The position numbers and the translations under genes were made by a program. The notes under the pieces are model-generated. The model worked only from the letters and a program-made list of their open reading frames with translations. It had not been told where the DNA came from and made no database searches. A stretch of DNA of 63,859 nt, the filler included, from Octopus bimaculoides (lineage: Eukaryota), in the NCBI RefSeq assembly GCF_001194135.2. It is 6 parts of 6 records of this genome, joined end to end, with 100 filler letters (N's around TTAATTAATTAA, not from the genome) between each part and the next. Parts side by side here need not be neighbours in the genome. Positions count along the whole stretch, not along the records: positions 18,881 to 33,731 come from NC_068985.1; positions 33,832 to 57,051 come from NC_069005.1; 4 more parts are not named here. The stretch is one strand, 5' to 3'. Shown here piece after piece: positions 27,808 through 40,829 of the stretch; positions within the stretch are counted from its first letter, which is position 1, and every line of letters starts with the position of its first letter.

Positions 27808-28419
27808 GTGTATTCTTTTATTCTTTCACTTGTTTGTGTCCTTTGACTGCGGCCATACTGGAGCACCGCCTTGAAGGGTTTTAGTCAAACAAATCGACCT
27901 CAGAAAAAATGTTTAAACCTAGTATTTAACCTATGGATCTATTTTAGCCAAATCGCAAAAAATTACGTGGATATAATGATATCAATAACGGTTGTCAGGC
28001 GTTCATGGCGGTGGGGGAGTCAAACACAGACACAGTGATACACACTAAAGTGACAAATGGCATTAGTCAGCACCAGCTTTGCTAGAAATAAGAATCAAAT
28101 CAACTCAATCACTATCGATGATTTCGCATTTTCGATGCTTACACACCCTAATGTTCTTCTGCGGCTCTCACCGCTCCTAGGGTTAATCACAGCTCGCCTT
28201 GCTGGTTGATGAGATTTCAGTTGAACTCATACGTGAAAATCATAAATAAAATGGGTGGCAGCAGGGAGCTGGCCTCCCTTGTACGGATAGTGCTTCTTGT
28301 GGTTATTGAGTTGCTTTGCCTCTTATTTCTAGGAATACTGGTGATGATTAGTGCCCTTGTTCATTTCAGTGACCTATATATTCCTGTCTTTAGGTTGTAA
28401 AATTGCGAATTAGCCACCC

Positions 28420-28498
<79 letters not shown>

Positions 28499-28545
28499 CG
28501 AGAGAGGGAGAGAGAGAGAGAGAATTATGTTCATATAAGTTTTTC

Positions 28546-28758
28546 TTTTATTCTCAAACGCGTTCTAATGCTAATAAATAGCGTGATCAGGATAAATTAT
28601 ACATACATAGCAGAAAAATACGTTACTGGCCAGCCATGAGACTCGAGGGATGTGAGTTCGAGTCTCATGGCTGGCCAGTAACATATTTGTCTGCAATGTA
28701 TGGATAATTTATCCTGGTCACGTTATTTATTAGCATTATCACGCGTTTGAGTATAAAA
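28546..28758. mobile_element. Palindromic (hairpin) element
   Basis: ~100-bp arms around the loop gggatgtgagt. The inner stem gttactggccagccatgagactcga is perfect. Confidence 0.8.
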
Positions 28759-28896
28759 AAATATTTCTCTACCTTTCAACACATCTCAACGCTTCTAAAG
28801 CAAACTTTGTTTGTTTACTTTCATTGTAAGTACATCTAAGTATATATATATATGTAATGCATATACATATTATATATATGTAATCATATCTTCCCA

Positions 28897-28934
<38 letters not shown>

Positions 28935-29961
28935 CGCATATATACATCCAAAACATGGAATAAATACGTAACAGACGACAACAAAAACATACGGACAGAT
29001 AGACGATACAAAGACGGACAGGAGAAAACGAAAACAGATCATTCGTAGCCTTCTAGTCATCAGTCAAATTTCCAAATTATCATTACGGTTGCAGCCTGTT
29101 ACACTTCAGACTTTTCAAAATTGGCTGGCCCCAAAAATCTAAGCTAAGAGCATTACATTTTTAGAAGAAAGCAAGCGAACGTGTACAACACAGACAGAAA
29201 AAAGAAAAAAAAACGTGAAAGCGGAGAAAATGTTACACGATTACAAATACAAACAACAAAGAGAATAACATCAGGTGTCTTTCGACTAACAAGAACGAAT
29301 GAAGTTCACCTGGCGTGTATGGAGTGAAAGCCTTGAGGCACAAACATAGATGAAAGTCAAGTCGAGCCAAGCAAGAAAGCTAATACTTGGCCGAATACCA
29401 GTCACGTAGACGGAAAAAGAGAGAGGTCGTGGTAGAGGGATTGAAGAATTAGGGAAGGAACTAGAGAGATCAAAAGAGAGAGGGAGAGAGAGAGAGAGAG
29501 AGACGAAGGGACAGAGGGAAAGGTACAAGGGAGATAACGAAGGAAAGGGGAGAGATTAAAGAAAGAGAATGCCAAGAAATGTGAGGGAGGGGAAGCGAAA
29601 AGAAGTATAGAGGAAAGAAAGAAATAGGAAAATATGAGGGGTAGCAAAAAAAAAGGAATTAAAAAGTCGTACAGATTGTTGATACATACTTAGTTACAAG
29701 GTGAGTAAAAAGTGTGCGTACAATACTGTACGTATATATAAATCCCCAAACTGGAATAATAACGTAACAGACGACAATAAAAAGATACTGACAGATAGAC
29801 CATACAAAGGTGAACAGAAAAAACAAGGAACGATTATTCTTGGCCTTCTACTTAACAGTCAAGTTTCCAAATTATCATTACATTTTCGGCCCGTTATACT
29901 TGAGACTGTAAAGGAGTAAAAGAGTCGTACAGAATTTATATATATATATATATATATGTGT

Positions 29962-30007
<46 letters not shown>

Positions 30008-30212
30008 GTGTGTGTGTGTGTGTGTTATGAGCGATAGTGGTGTCGATTAGACTCAGATGTTTCAAGTAATGCTGAGTAAGTGCTATGGATAGACCACGAA
30101 AGGAATTCTCAATGGCTGGATAACTGAAGAGATGTTGGCGTGGACCCCCCACCCTGGCATCCGAAACTCGGAGTTTTATCATGGCTACTGAATAAGTGTC
30201 ACATATTTTTAC

Positions 30213-30255
<43 letters not shown>

Positions 30256-30283
30256 TTTCGGGCTGGNNNNNNNNNNTTTTTAC

Positions 30284-30326
<43 letters not shown>

Positions 30327-30361
30327 TTTCGGGCTGGTCATTTTTTGTCTAATAAAGACAC

Positions 30362-30686
30362 GGTGGAGGCGCAATGGCATGGTTAGGGCAGCGGACTCGC
30401 GGTCAGAGGATCGCGGTTTCGATTCCCAGACCGAGCGTTGTGTGTCTTTATTGAGCGAAAACACCTAAAGGTGCACGAGGCTCCGACAGGGGGTGGTCGC
30501 GACCCCTGTTGTACCCTTTTGCCCCAACTTTTCCTCACACTTTCGTCCTGTTTCTTGAGTAACGCTACGATGCATTGGCGTCCCGTCCAGCTGGGAGAGG
30601 GTACACATGCGCCATAGAAATCGGGAAACCGGGCCCATGAACCTGGCTAGGCTTTAAAAGGGCGTAAATGAAATGAAATGAAATGA
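30362..30686 (+). mobile_element. SINE with family A head but a different 3' tail ending (GAAAT)n
   Basis: About the first 190 nt align to 8279; the rest is unrelated to the family A tail. Confidence 0.85.
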
Positions 30687-31485
30687 GAATAAACACACGC
30701 ACTATATATTTTTCTTCACTTGTTTATTACTGTTCTTATTTATTATTTTAACGCTTGTCCATTGTCCAGAAATCTTTCGTCACACATCTGTGACCTCTTC
30801 AGCGACAATTTTCGTTTTCGTGTATGTTCTTGCTCTACTTACTCCATTCTATATACATACATACATACATACATATTGGTAAGAAATCTTGAAATAAAAC
30901 TGAATATTGATATACATACATGCACACACTTACATAAGTTGTGTAACTGGACAGAAACCTTAACGTAGATGGTAGAAAGAAATAAGTGTGAGCAGTATGA
31001 TAGAGAACGAAATGAAGACCATTATAAGTAGGCAAATATATAACTACATTAATATATATTCATTTCCAAATATTTAATTAGATATTTTCTATATATTACG
31101 ACTTAATGAAGTTATATCTCCATTATTGTGTGTGTTTTTGAGAGTGTGTGTGTGTGTGTGTTGTTTGTGTCTGTGTATTTGTGTGTGTTTCATGTTTCTG
31201 TGTGTGTGTGTGTCTTTCGTGTTTGTGTGTGTGTGTGTGTGTGTGTTGCTTATTTCGTTGTAATTTCTGTTCGAAGATTATGGCTTTTAAGGTATCGTCT
31301 AATATCACTAATATCATATATATCGTTTGGCCGTCTGGACATCCACGTGATACTGGAAACATTATATTCACCTGATGTATTCTGCCCTGAGGAAAATTCA
31401 TATTCGCAAGGAATATCACATGTGTGTGTGCGCGCGCGCACACACACACACACATACACACACTCATACACACACGGATACACAC

Positions 31486-31531
<46 letters not shown>

Positions 31532-32429
31532 NNNNNNNNNNNNNNNNNNNNNNNNNNNNNNNNNNNNNNNNNNNNNNNNNNNNNNNNNNNNNNNNNNNNN
31601 NNNNNNNNNNNNNNNNNNNNNNNNNNNNNNNNNNNNNNNNNNNNNNNNNNNNNNNNNNNNNNNNNNNNNNNNNNNNNNNNNNNNNNNNNNNNNNNNNNNN
31701 NNNNNNNNNNNNNNNNNNNNNNNNNNNNNNNNNNNNNNNNNNNNNNNNNNNNNNNNNNNNNNNNNNNNNNNNNNNNNNNNNNNNNNNNNNNNNNNNNNNN
31801 NNNNNNNNNNNNNNNNNNNNNNNNNNNNNNNNNNNNNNNNNNNNNNNNNNNNNNNNNNNNNNNNNNNNNNNNNNNNNNNNNNNNNNNNNNNNNNNNNNNN
31901 NNNNNNNNNNNNNNNNNNNNNNNNNNNNNNNNNNNNNNNNNNNNNNNNNNNNNNNNNNNNNNNNNNNNNNNNNNNNNNNNNNNNNNNNNNNNNNNNNNNN
32001 NNNNNNNNNNNNNNNNNNNNNNNNNNNNNNNNNNNNNNNNNNNNNNNNNNNNNNNNNNNNNNNNNNNNNNNNNNNNNNNNNNNNNNNNNNNNNNNNNNNN
32101 NNNNNNNNNNNNNNNNNNNNNNNNNNNNNNNNNNNNNNNNNNNNNNNNNNNNNNNNNNNNNNNNNNNNNNNNNNNNNNNNNNNNNNNNNNNNNNNNNNNN
32201 NNNNNNNNNNNNNNNNNNNNNNNNNNNNNNNNNNNNNNNNNNNNNNNNNNNNNNNTATATATATGTGTGTTTTTGTGTGTGTGTGTGTGTGCGCGCACAC
32301 ATATGTATATGTGTATACTAAAACGGATGACCAGGCTGGAAAATTTAGTATATTTTCAATTCCATCCTACATCTTTCATTGCAGTATAGGAAATATACTA
32401 TGAATATTCGTAATATTATTAATCATAAG

Positions 32430-33035
32430 AAAATGGTCTCAAATTTTGGCACACAGGCAGCAATTTCGGGGAGGGGTAAGTCAATTGCATCGATCCCTGC
32501 CTTCAGTTGGTATTTATTTTATCGATCTTGAGAAGATGAAATGCAAAGTCAACCTCAGAACATGAAGACAGAAGAAATATCACCAAGCATTTTTCCCCGC
32601 GTGCTAACAATTCTGCTGGCTCGCCGCCTTAGTCATAATAATAATAATATTGGTTTCAAATTTTGGCACAAGGCCAGTAAGTAGTGGCGAGAGGTTAAGT
32701 CAGTTACATCGATTCCAGTGTTCAATTCTTACTTATATTATTGACCCCGAAAGAGGAAAGGCAAAATCAACCTCGACAAAATTTGAACTCAGAACGTAGA
32801 CACACGCTAGCGATTCTTCCGTCTCCCTGCCTTAATCATAATAATGATCCCTTCTACTTTAGGCGCAAGGCCTGCACTTTTGGGAATGAGGGCTAGTCGA
32901 TTACATCGACCCCAGTGCGTAACTGGTAATTATTTCATGACCCCGAAATGATGAAAGGCAAAGTCGAGTTCGACGGAATTTTAACTCACAATGTAAAAAT
33001 GGACGAAATACCGCTAAGAATTTGCCCGACGTGCC
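32430..33035 (-). mobile_element. Three tandem SINE family D copies
   Basis: Same family in reverse orientation, separated by ataataat. Further single copies at about 8700-8880(-) and 16705-16922(-). Confidence 0.85.
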
Positions 33036-33059
33036 AAATATTTTGGATGATTTTCTGTA

Positions 33060-33322
33060 CAACATGAAGCGGAAACTACGGTTCTTTCGCCACGTCATGC
33101 GCCGGGATGGACTTGAGCGAACGATCATAACTGGCAAGGTGAACGGCAGACGTAAAAAAGGCAGACCACCCACTTCTTGGCTGAAAGACATCGTAGCCAC
33201 AGGATTGTCTTTATTCTCAGCTGTCCATGGGGCAGAGGACAGGAGAAGGTGGCAAGACATCGTGATGACCACAGCATCACATAGTGCGACACCTGACTAG
33301 AAAAAGAAGAAGAAGAGGAAGT
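33060..33322 (+). mobile_element. 5'-truncated RTE (BovB-like) 3' end with (GAA)n tail
   Basis: KRKLRFFRHVMRRDGLERTIITGKVNGRRKKGRPPTSWLKD...EDRRRWQ is the typical RTE ORF C-terminus, followed by AAGAAGAAG. Confidence 0.8.
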
Positions 33323-33614
33323 CAAATATTCTACCAGCCTGGTGCCTTAATGATAATAATAGTATTTTAACTATAACAAATTGATAACACAGTGGAACAA
33401 TTTTGAACATAGTTTCTGCTGAATTAATCTTTTCACTTGATTTAGACTAAAATTGGTATGCTGGTTTCAAAATTACAGTCAGATGTCTTCAATCGCATTT
33501 TGTTTTTTATATAACTTACTTTGAATAAGCACGATTGTATTGTTTGTGCCTAATAGGGCTGAATTCTGAGATTGACATCGGCGGAATTTTGAAATTCAAA
33601 CATAATGACGGATG

Positions 33615-33729
<115 letters not shown>

Positions 33730-34170
33730 TGNNNNNNNNNNNNNNNNNNNNNNNNNNNNNNNNNNNNNNNNNNNNTTAATTAATTAANNNNNNNNNNNNN
33801 NNNNNNNNNNNNNNNNNNNNNNNNNNNNNNNGTGCATACGTGGGGGGTTCCACAATCGCCGTTTATTTCAATTATTCTTGTGAGGATATTCACGTAAATC
33901 ATTTTTTTCATTTAATTCCCATTTTAATTTTCGTAAAAGTTTCCAAGTACCAATGAGGCTTTTTGGCGCATCTTCAATTTTCCCATTCATGAGAGGCGCC
34001 CAGCCATCATTCATCTGAGAGTCCATCTACAGAATGTCCTCAAATTTCTATACAGCATATTTTGCTTTCTTTCTTCCAGTATATAAGCAGCAATTTCATT
34101 CCCGGGCCTCTGCTAGTATATATATATATATAGTAAAAGAATAAATAAATGTTTTTTTGTTTCTTGTTAG

Positions 34171-34221
34171 GTTCCTATCTGGCACCAGAAAATTGGGAAG
34201 CCTAATGAACCAGTTGTATGG
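34171..34221 (+). CDS. NTAQ1: NTAQ1/WDYHV1 internal exon (VPIWHQKIGKPNEPVVW), phase 0-0
   Basis: Acceptor ttgtttcttgttAG, donor GTAAGT, 51 nt. Joins in frame to the next exon to give ...PVVW-DYHV, the eponymous WDYHV motif. Resembles human IPIWKQQARPGDGPVIW as recalled. Confidence 0.93.
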
Positions 34222-35299
34222 GTAAGTCATCAAACAGAATTTCCTTACAGTTATTATTTTTTATTTCATCTTCACTTTTAGACTTGAAAATGTTCTAATA
34301 TTTACATCTATACTCTTTTTTGATCACTTTGATCTCCAATTGTCATTAAGTGTCTTATTCTTAGATATGTATATAAATACCAGTCTGGATTAGAACTTAG
34401 TTCTTTTTTTTTCTAATTCTATGGTAATGACATTGTTATCTATTGGTTCACTGGCATATACTTTTAATGTCACACTTTTATTTATTTAAATTTATTTCAT
34501 TAAATGCAGCCATTTTTAGCTGACATTACTGCAGGTTTTATTGAGGAAATTTCACCAAGCTCTACATTTATCATTTACTGCACTAAATTCCCACAATGGT
34601 TCTCCATCAATTATTAAAATTTTATTCTATAGCAGATTATGATTTTATTTTTCTCACCATAAGGCATGGGCATGACTGTGGCTAACTAGCTCACTTTGCA
34701 ACCAATGTGCTGTACCTTAGGCAAATGTTTTCTACTTTAGCCTCAGACCAACCAATGCCTTGTAAGTGAATTTAGTAGATCAAAAACTGTGTAAAAGCCT
34801 GTTGAATGTGTGTGTATATATGTATATTTGCATGTTTTTGTGTTTGCCTCTCCCACACTGCTTGACAACTGGCATTGGTTTGTTTACATCCCCTTAAGTT
34901 TGCAGTTCAGCAAAAGGAAATGATAGAAGCAAGATACCCTGTATATCTGGCAAGAGGAGAAGCCCATAGTTAGAAGTTTGTCAATGTTCTAATACAGGTG
35001 GATTAGACATGTGAGGTATTTTGGCTTGCAAGACAGTGTATGAGTGAAAATATGTCTAAAAAGCTGACAACATGCTTCCTCTAACATTTAGTGAAAAGAA
35101 AGAGATTTGAAAGTGCTACAACAAGGTGTTGAATGAAACAAATGTATGGGAGAAAGAGAGTCTAGCTCAAATAGATCTAACATAGAGGCTAGCTGTCCAA
35201 GTTGACAGCAGTATGGTACATAAGCAATTAAGGATATAAAGGCAGGAAAGGCACCTAGCCCATTAGGAATCACTGTTGAGATGCGTAACATATCTGTTG

Positions 35300-35740
35300 G
35301 AGTGGGATATGGACTGATCACCTACATAATAAACTGTGTAGTGCAAGAGGGTGTCATACGCAATGACTGATATAGAAATATTGTCAACTGCTACAAGGTC
35401 AAAGTCAATGTATTAGAAGGGAAAACTACAGAAATATTCAACTATAGGAAGCTACCAACTGAGTTATAGCAGAACTAAGAGAGTTAACAGAGATTGCTAT
35501 GCAGTTTGGTTTTGTGCCAGGAAGAAGCTCTTCTGATGCTATTTTCTAGTAAGACAGCTGCAAAAATATCTAGCCAGAAATAAACTTCTATGTCTAGGTA
35601 TTGTTAACCTAGAGAAGGTCTTTGTTCTCTGATCTAGTGATTATTGAGAAAGTTAGGTATTGACAAATAACTTGGGAAAGCTGTGCTAGCCAAGTACAGG
35701 GGTAAAGTTAGCAGTATGAGAGAGATTGATAAGTGTAGGT
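35300..35740 (+). mobile_element. Degenerate RTE LINE RT fragment
   Basis: MQFGFVPGRSSSDAIF / VRQL / NLEKVF match RT subdomains 2-3, with frameshifts. Confidence 0.7.
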
Positions 35741-36329
35741 TCCATTGAAGGCTTGAATGTCTAGAAGTCATTTTGTATTACATTTAAAATTCTCTCTATT
35801 CATTTTCCAAGCATCTGATGAAATGGATGTGTCCTATTACTACAAAATTTGAAGTCAAGTGGAGTTGAGTCAAAATGTTATTAAATACATATATGGAATG
35901 TTGGGACACTTATATGCAAATTGGTTACTTGTTTCTCTGGGATTGGTCATGTAATGCAGACACCTCTTATAAAATCCCAATTGGAGTCAAGAATTGGCTG
36001 GAGTTGTTCATTTTCTTACTCTACTGAGGTATGGGTAAATTTGATATGCATCTTGGTAGATTCACACACACACACACACACACATACACTGTTTTACATC
36101 TATTTCTCCCTGCTGGTATGGCAGTGTTTTATGGCTACATATCCTTCCTTTTGCTAATTCTTTTAGCCACCTCTTGTGACACAGGCTAAATATTCTAAAA
36201 ACCAAATTACCTATAGTATTTGTATATGAATATAAGCACACACATGCATGAGGAGGCAGATTGTCAAAATGGGTAAGATTGAAGGGTGGATGAAACAAAA
36301 CCCATGAGCTAGGGAAGATAGAGAGATGC

Positions 36330-37100
36330 AGAAGAGTAGAGGAGGGAATGGGCAGCAGGAGTTCTAAAGATGATAGTCATCTAAAGATAATATTTTTAGA
36401 GCAACTACCTCTCTTGCTAATTACATCTTCATAACAAAAGCTATCAACTACCTTTAATGAGCTATCTGGGCATCTATGAGACTCGGTTTCAGATGTGCTT
36501 GTACATACTGCTTCAATGCCTCTATTGCATATGAAGCTTACATCATCAAATAGCCTGTCAGGGATTACACTACGTCTATACCTATAGCTTACATCAAGTA
36601 TAGCTTATAGAATTTTTATCAACTCCTTTTCTACATCTTGAGCAAAGCTATTTCATTTCCCTGATGGTAGCAGAGTCCTGTCTTTCCCACTTATTAAAAC
36701 CTTTGTCTTTGCTAGGTTTACCTAAAGGCCTTTCAATTCCAGGTTTAGCTTTCATGCCTGGAATTTTTGTCTCTTATTTCCCTATAGATTCGGCTATAAG
36801 AAATAAATGTTCAACATGGACAGCCAGTCTTCAGCTTCTCAGTGGTGGCTTGCAGGATTATGATGAATAGGAGAGGATTGATCCTTGATAGACTACTATC
36901 TCCACATTAAATTCATCACTGAAGTCATTGCCAACTTTTACTTTGCTTACAACATCCTTGTACATAGTTTGAATTTCCTACACAAACCATTTATTTACAC
37001 CTTGTTTCCTCAGAGCCCACCAAATTACTGAATGTAGTATCCTGTTAAATGCTTTCTCCAAATTAATGAAAGCCAAGAATAATGGTTTATTCTTAGATCT
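36330..37100 (-). mobile_element. Degenerate RTE LINE RT fragment
   Basis: The minus strand reads FINLEKAFNR..WWALRKQGV..YQGSILS, followed by a decayed CSRCRKGVDKNSI finger. Many stops. Confidence 0.75.
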
Positions 37101-37197
37101 TTTCCCCCACCTTCATGACATTGTAAAGATGAAATTAATAGTCCTAAAAATTATGTAAATTGAAATTCATGTTTTTCTTTTCTGTTTATGTAACCAG

Positions 37198-37343
37198 GAT
37201 TATCATGTCATATTTCTGTGGAGACTAGAAGGAGAGAGTTATGTATATGACCTGGATAGTAGTTTGCCTTTTCCCTGTAAACTGGAGATGTATATTAATG
37301 AAGCAATTAAATCAGATGATATACTACAGCCACAGTATCACAG
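37198..37343 (+). CDS. NTAQ1: NTAQ1/WDYHV1 internal exon (DYHVIFLWRLEGESYVYDLDSSLPFPCKLEMYINEAIKSDDILQPQYH-R), phase 0-2
   Basis: Long polypyrimidine acceptor ending taaccAG, donor CAG|GTATAT, 146 nt open. DYHV, YDLD and LPFPC motifs match the NTAQ1 family and include the catalytic His and Asp region. Confidence 0.96.
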
Positions 37344-40096
37344 GTATATATGTATATTGCGACTGTTCCCTTTTTCAAAGTACAGATTTGTTTGTATCCA
37401 AGAGTATTAAATTATTGGTGTATTAAGTGTTTAATTTCTTTATTATTATTATGTACTATGGAATATCTTTATCTTCTATCGTTTACTTGTTTCAGTCACT
37501 GGACTGTGGCCATACTGGGACACCACTTTGAAGAGTTTAGTTGAACAAACTGACTCCAGTACTTTTTTTTAAAACCTGGTATTCTATTGTGAAGGCATGT
37601 GGCCTAGTGGTTAGCATATTGCACATGTGATTGCTAGGTTGTGGTTTGATTCCCAGACTGAGCAGTGCATTGTGTTTTTGAGCAAAAGACATCATTTCAT
37701 GTTAATTTGCAAGTGGGAGAATGGCAGAATTGATAGAGTGTTGGCAGAATGCTTTATGGTATATCTTCTGGCTCTCTACATTCTGAATTCAGATCCCACC
37801 TTCCTAGAGAAGGCAATGGGAAACCACTCCAGTATTTATCCTAAGTTCAGTCACAGTAACCAAAATTCCAGTAATCTACTTAGCAGTGGCAAGGGAGGTT
37901 GTGGGCCTTCCCAGATTGTGCAGCGAGTGCTGGAGAATGTCACATGCACAGGACCACATGGATGGAAAGCAAGCTCCTAACCACACAGCCATGTTTGCAC
38001 TTGTATAGATTTTTAGCCAACAATGTATGTTACAACAAACTTGAACATGATCTCTAAATTATACAATATGCTTGGAAGTGGAAAAAGGAACATCTGTATA
38101 TGTTGCTGTGCATTTCAACTCTGCTTGGAGTGTCATCAACAGCTGTGCACCTCTCATAATAATCCATGCTCACACTGCTTAAAAACCCACTGATATGAGT
38201 GGCTGAACTGGATAGGCTAATTTGCCTATTTAACATGCCAGTTAGTTGGACTATTAAATTTCTGGTGTGTTGAGTGTTTCATTTCATTACTATAATGTAC
38301 TATTGAAAGTACCTATAGCGCACTCTGAACGTTATGAATGTAAACATTATCTATATATAATAAGCTTGTGTATATAGTTGTAATGTTTACATTCATTATG
38401 GCATATAGTGTTGGCTAATGGTTTATCGATGTGTTCTATAGTATATTTGAGCTAAGAGTTATTGAGTCATCTGTGTTTATGTTTGTGTGTTTATTTGCAT
38501 CTAAGAGTTAGTATGTCTATGAGTTTTGTGTGTGAATATGTTTTATAGTTTACAGCAAGGACAATCCACGTGACTCTTTTCAGGTTCTCGAAGGCTAGTA
38601 TGAGGAAATTATCTTGAGACCAAGAATCTGGCCCAAATGTTTAGAAAAGAGTAAATTCAATAGTAGATTCTAGTGGTAGCCACTTTGGAGGTGTGCAAAG
38701 TGGATTTAGAACATGACAGTCGGTGGTGTTTATCATAACGGTGTATTTCAGGCAGTGTAAATGGCTATTGATGTTATAGCTATTCTTTTGTGTATGTTCC
38801 TTATGTTAGTCTGGGCTAGTGGAAGAGATAGTATTGTCAGGATGGATGGTGTAACAGCAGTGTTTTGGGGGTGTTGTAGATGTATCTGAATTGAATAGGA
38901 ACGATACTGCTTGGAAATTGTTGTAGTGTTCTGGGGTGTTGAATATGCGTGTAGATTGAGAAGACAGTGTTGTAAGGATGCTGTTTTCATATTCTGGGGT
39001 TATTGTAGGTGTGTCTGAGCTGAATGGATAAGATAATAGAGCTCCAAGAGTATGTTATTGTTTAGCCTTTTCTAAACAATATATCTCTGGATTATATTAT
39101 CTACTGTCCTACACTTTTTTAAAAGATGAGAGAGCTTGGGTTTATATTTAATACCAGTGGACTTACCACTGTTCTAGAATGTTGTTGATAGTGGTGATGT
39201 TGATGGTGATGGTTACTGGAATAGTGATGGTCATGTGATTTAGTTATTTTGTTACATCCCTTCATATTCTAAGTTCAAATATTTGCAGTGTTTTCTTTGC
39301 TTTTTCATTCTTTTGGGTCATTAAAAGAAAAATGTGTTGGGAGTTGATTAAATTGACTTACCCTCAACATATCTCTTTTGAGCCAAAGTTATGTATCAGT
39401 CTTATTTATTTAACTGATACACAAAATGATATAAAATTCAATCTTATTCTAAACATTAATCCACTTTTTGGCATTAACTCTAATCTTTATCCTCTATTTA
39501 ACATTAATCCTAATCTTAATACTACATTTAAATTTAATCAGTTTTACTTCTATTTAAATTTGCTCGTTGTCTTAAACCAACATTTATTGTTAATCTAAGT
39601 ATAGTTTTATATTTAGTTTATTCCTGATTGTACTTTCAATCTTAATCATTATCTGATTTTTCTGTTTAATATTAGTGCTAACCTTTCTTAAATGCTTATC
39701 TTATGTCTTAATCCAATGTTTAATGTCATTATTTATGCACTATTTAATGTCAATCCTAATCCACACTTTTCAGGTTTTTCAGAGTGATTGATGCTAAGAT
39801 ATATTTAAGACATTTTGCATCCAATCGGAAACACATGTTGGATTCAACAGGGGCATGGAGACAGGAACCTCCACCTTATCCCTGTATTAGAACAGAACGT
39901 AAGTCTGTCTCTGTTACTCTCTCTATTTGATCATGCATATCTGTATGTGAGTGTCAATCTGTCTCTAATTCCAAAGAACCAGAAGCACACAAACACATGC
40001 ACACATGTAATGACCTGTATCACAGACATAACACCATATATTCAGTGAGAGAGATTCAGACATAACACCATAGTACTTCATTTTATTGATTCAAAA

Positions 40097-40635
40097 TACC
40101 GGTGTCCCCAAATTAATTATCTATTTCAGTGAAATCAGTCAATTTTTTTAAAAACTCACTTTTATTTATCTTTATCATGTTTAATGTGTGTTAAAAGTAT
40201 AAATATTTTATTTTGTTTATAATTCTATATCATCATCATCATCATTTTAAAAAATTATTTTATTTTCATTCCTGTTGGATCCTGCCTATCTGTCTACAAC
40301 AGCTCTTTTTCAATTTCGTTGCAATCATTTTCTCTATCACCATCTCTGGGATGGAACAATAGTTTAGCTGAACTTAAAGAATGCATTCAAATTAGCAGTG
40401 CATGAGATAACTCCTGAAATGATTCAAAATTGTTTCACACTGCTAAAGATAGATTTAATATTTGTAGGGATACAGACAGAGCACATGTTGAAAATTTTCA
40501 ATAAAGTTTTGGCATAAGTTTTATAATCTATTTGTTTTGGTATGATAATTAGGTAATAAACATAAAATTCTGTCAGATTTTAAAAAATTTGCCTGATTTC
40601 ATTGAAATAGATAGTTAATTCCGGGACACACTATA
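40097..40635 (+). mobile_element. Internally deleted Tc1/mariner-family element
   Basis: ~50-bp TIRs (gtgtccccaaattaattatctatttcagtgaaatcag... / ...ctgatttcattgaaatagatagttaattccgggacac). Internal remnant SLAELKECI..EITPEMIQ..RAHVENFQ* resembles a transposase C-terminus. Confidence 0.7.
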
Positions 40636-40829
40636 CAATTAGAAAACAAGGATGACTTTGATAGGATCTGTGAAAGGACATAACTTAATATTTTATCTGT
40701 TACTCCACTGATTCATGCGATCCACAAATGAGGAAATGTTACTTTCACATCGTTTTACATGATTTCTTGTATGTTCTACCTTATATACCTCTATAACATA
40801 TAGTTGGATAGGATATCAGAATAGAACTA

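Noticed and set aside
30206-30337. Tandem duplication around an 11-N gap
   Set aside because: Identical sequence on both sides of a tiny gap is a typical unmerged contig overlap.
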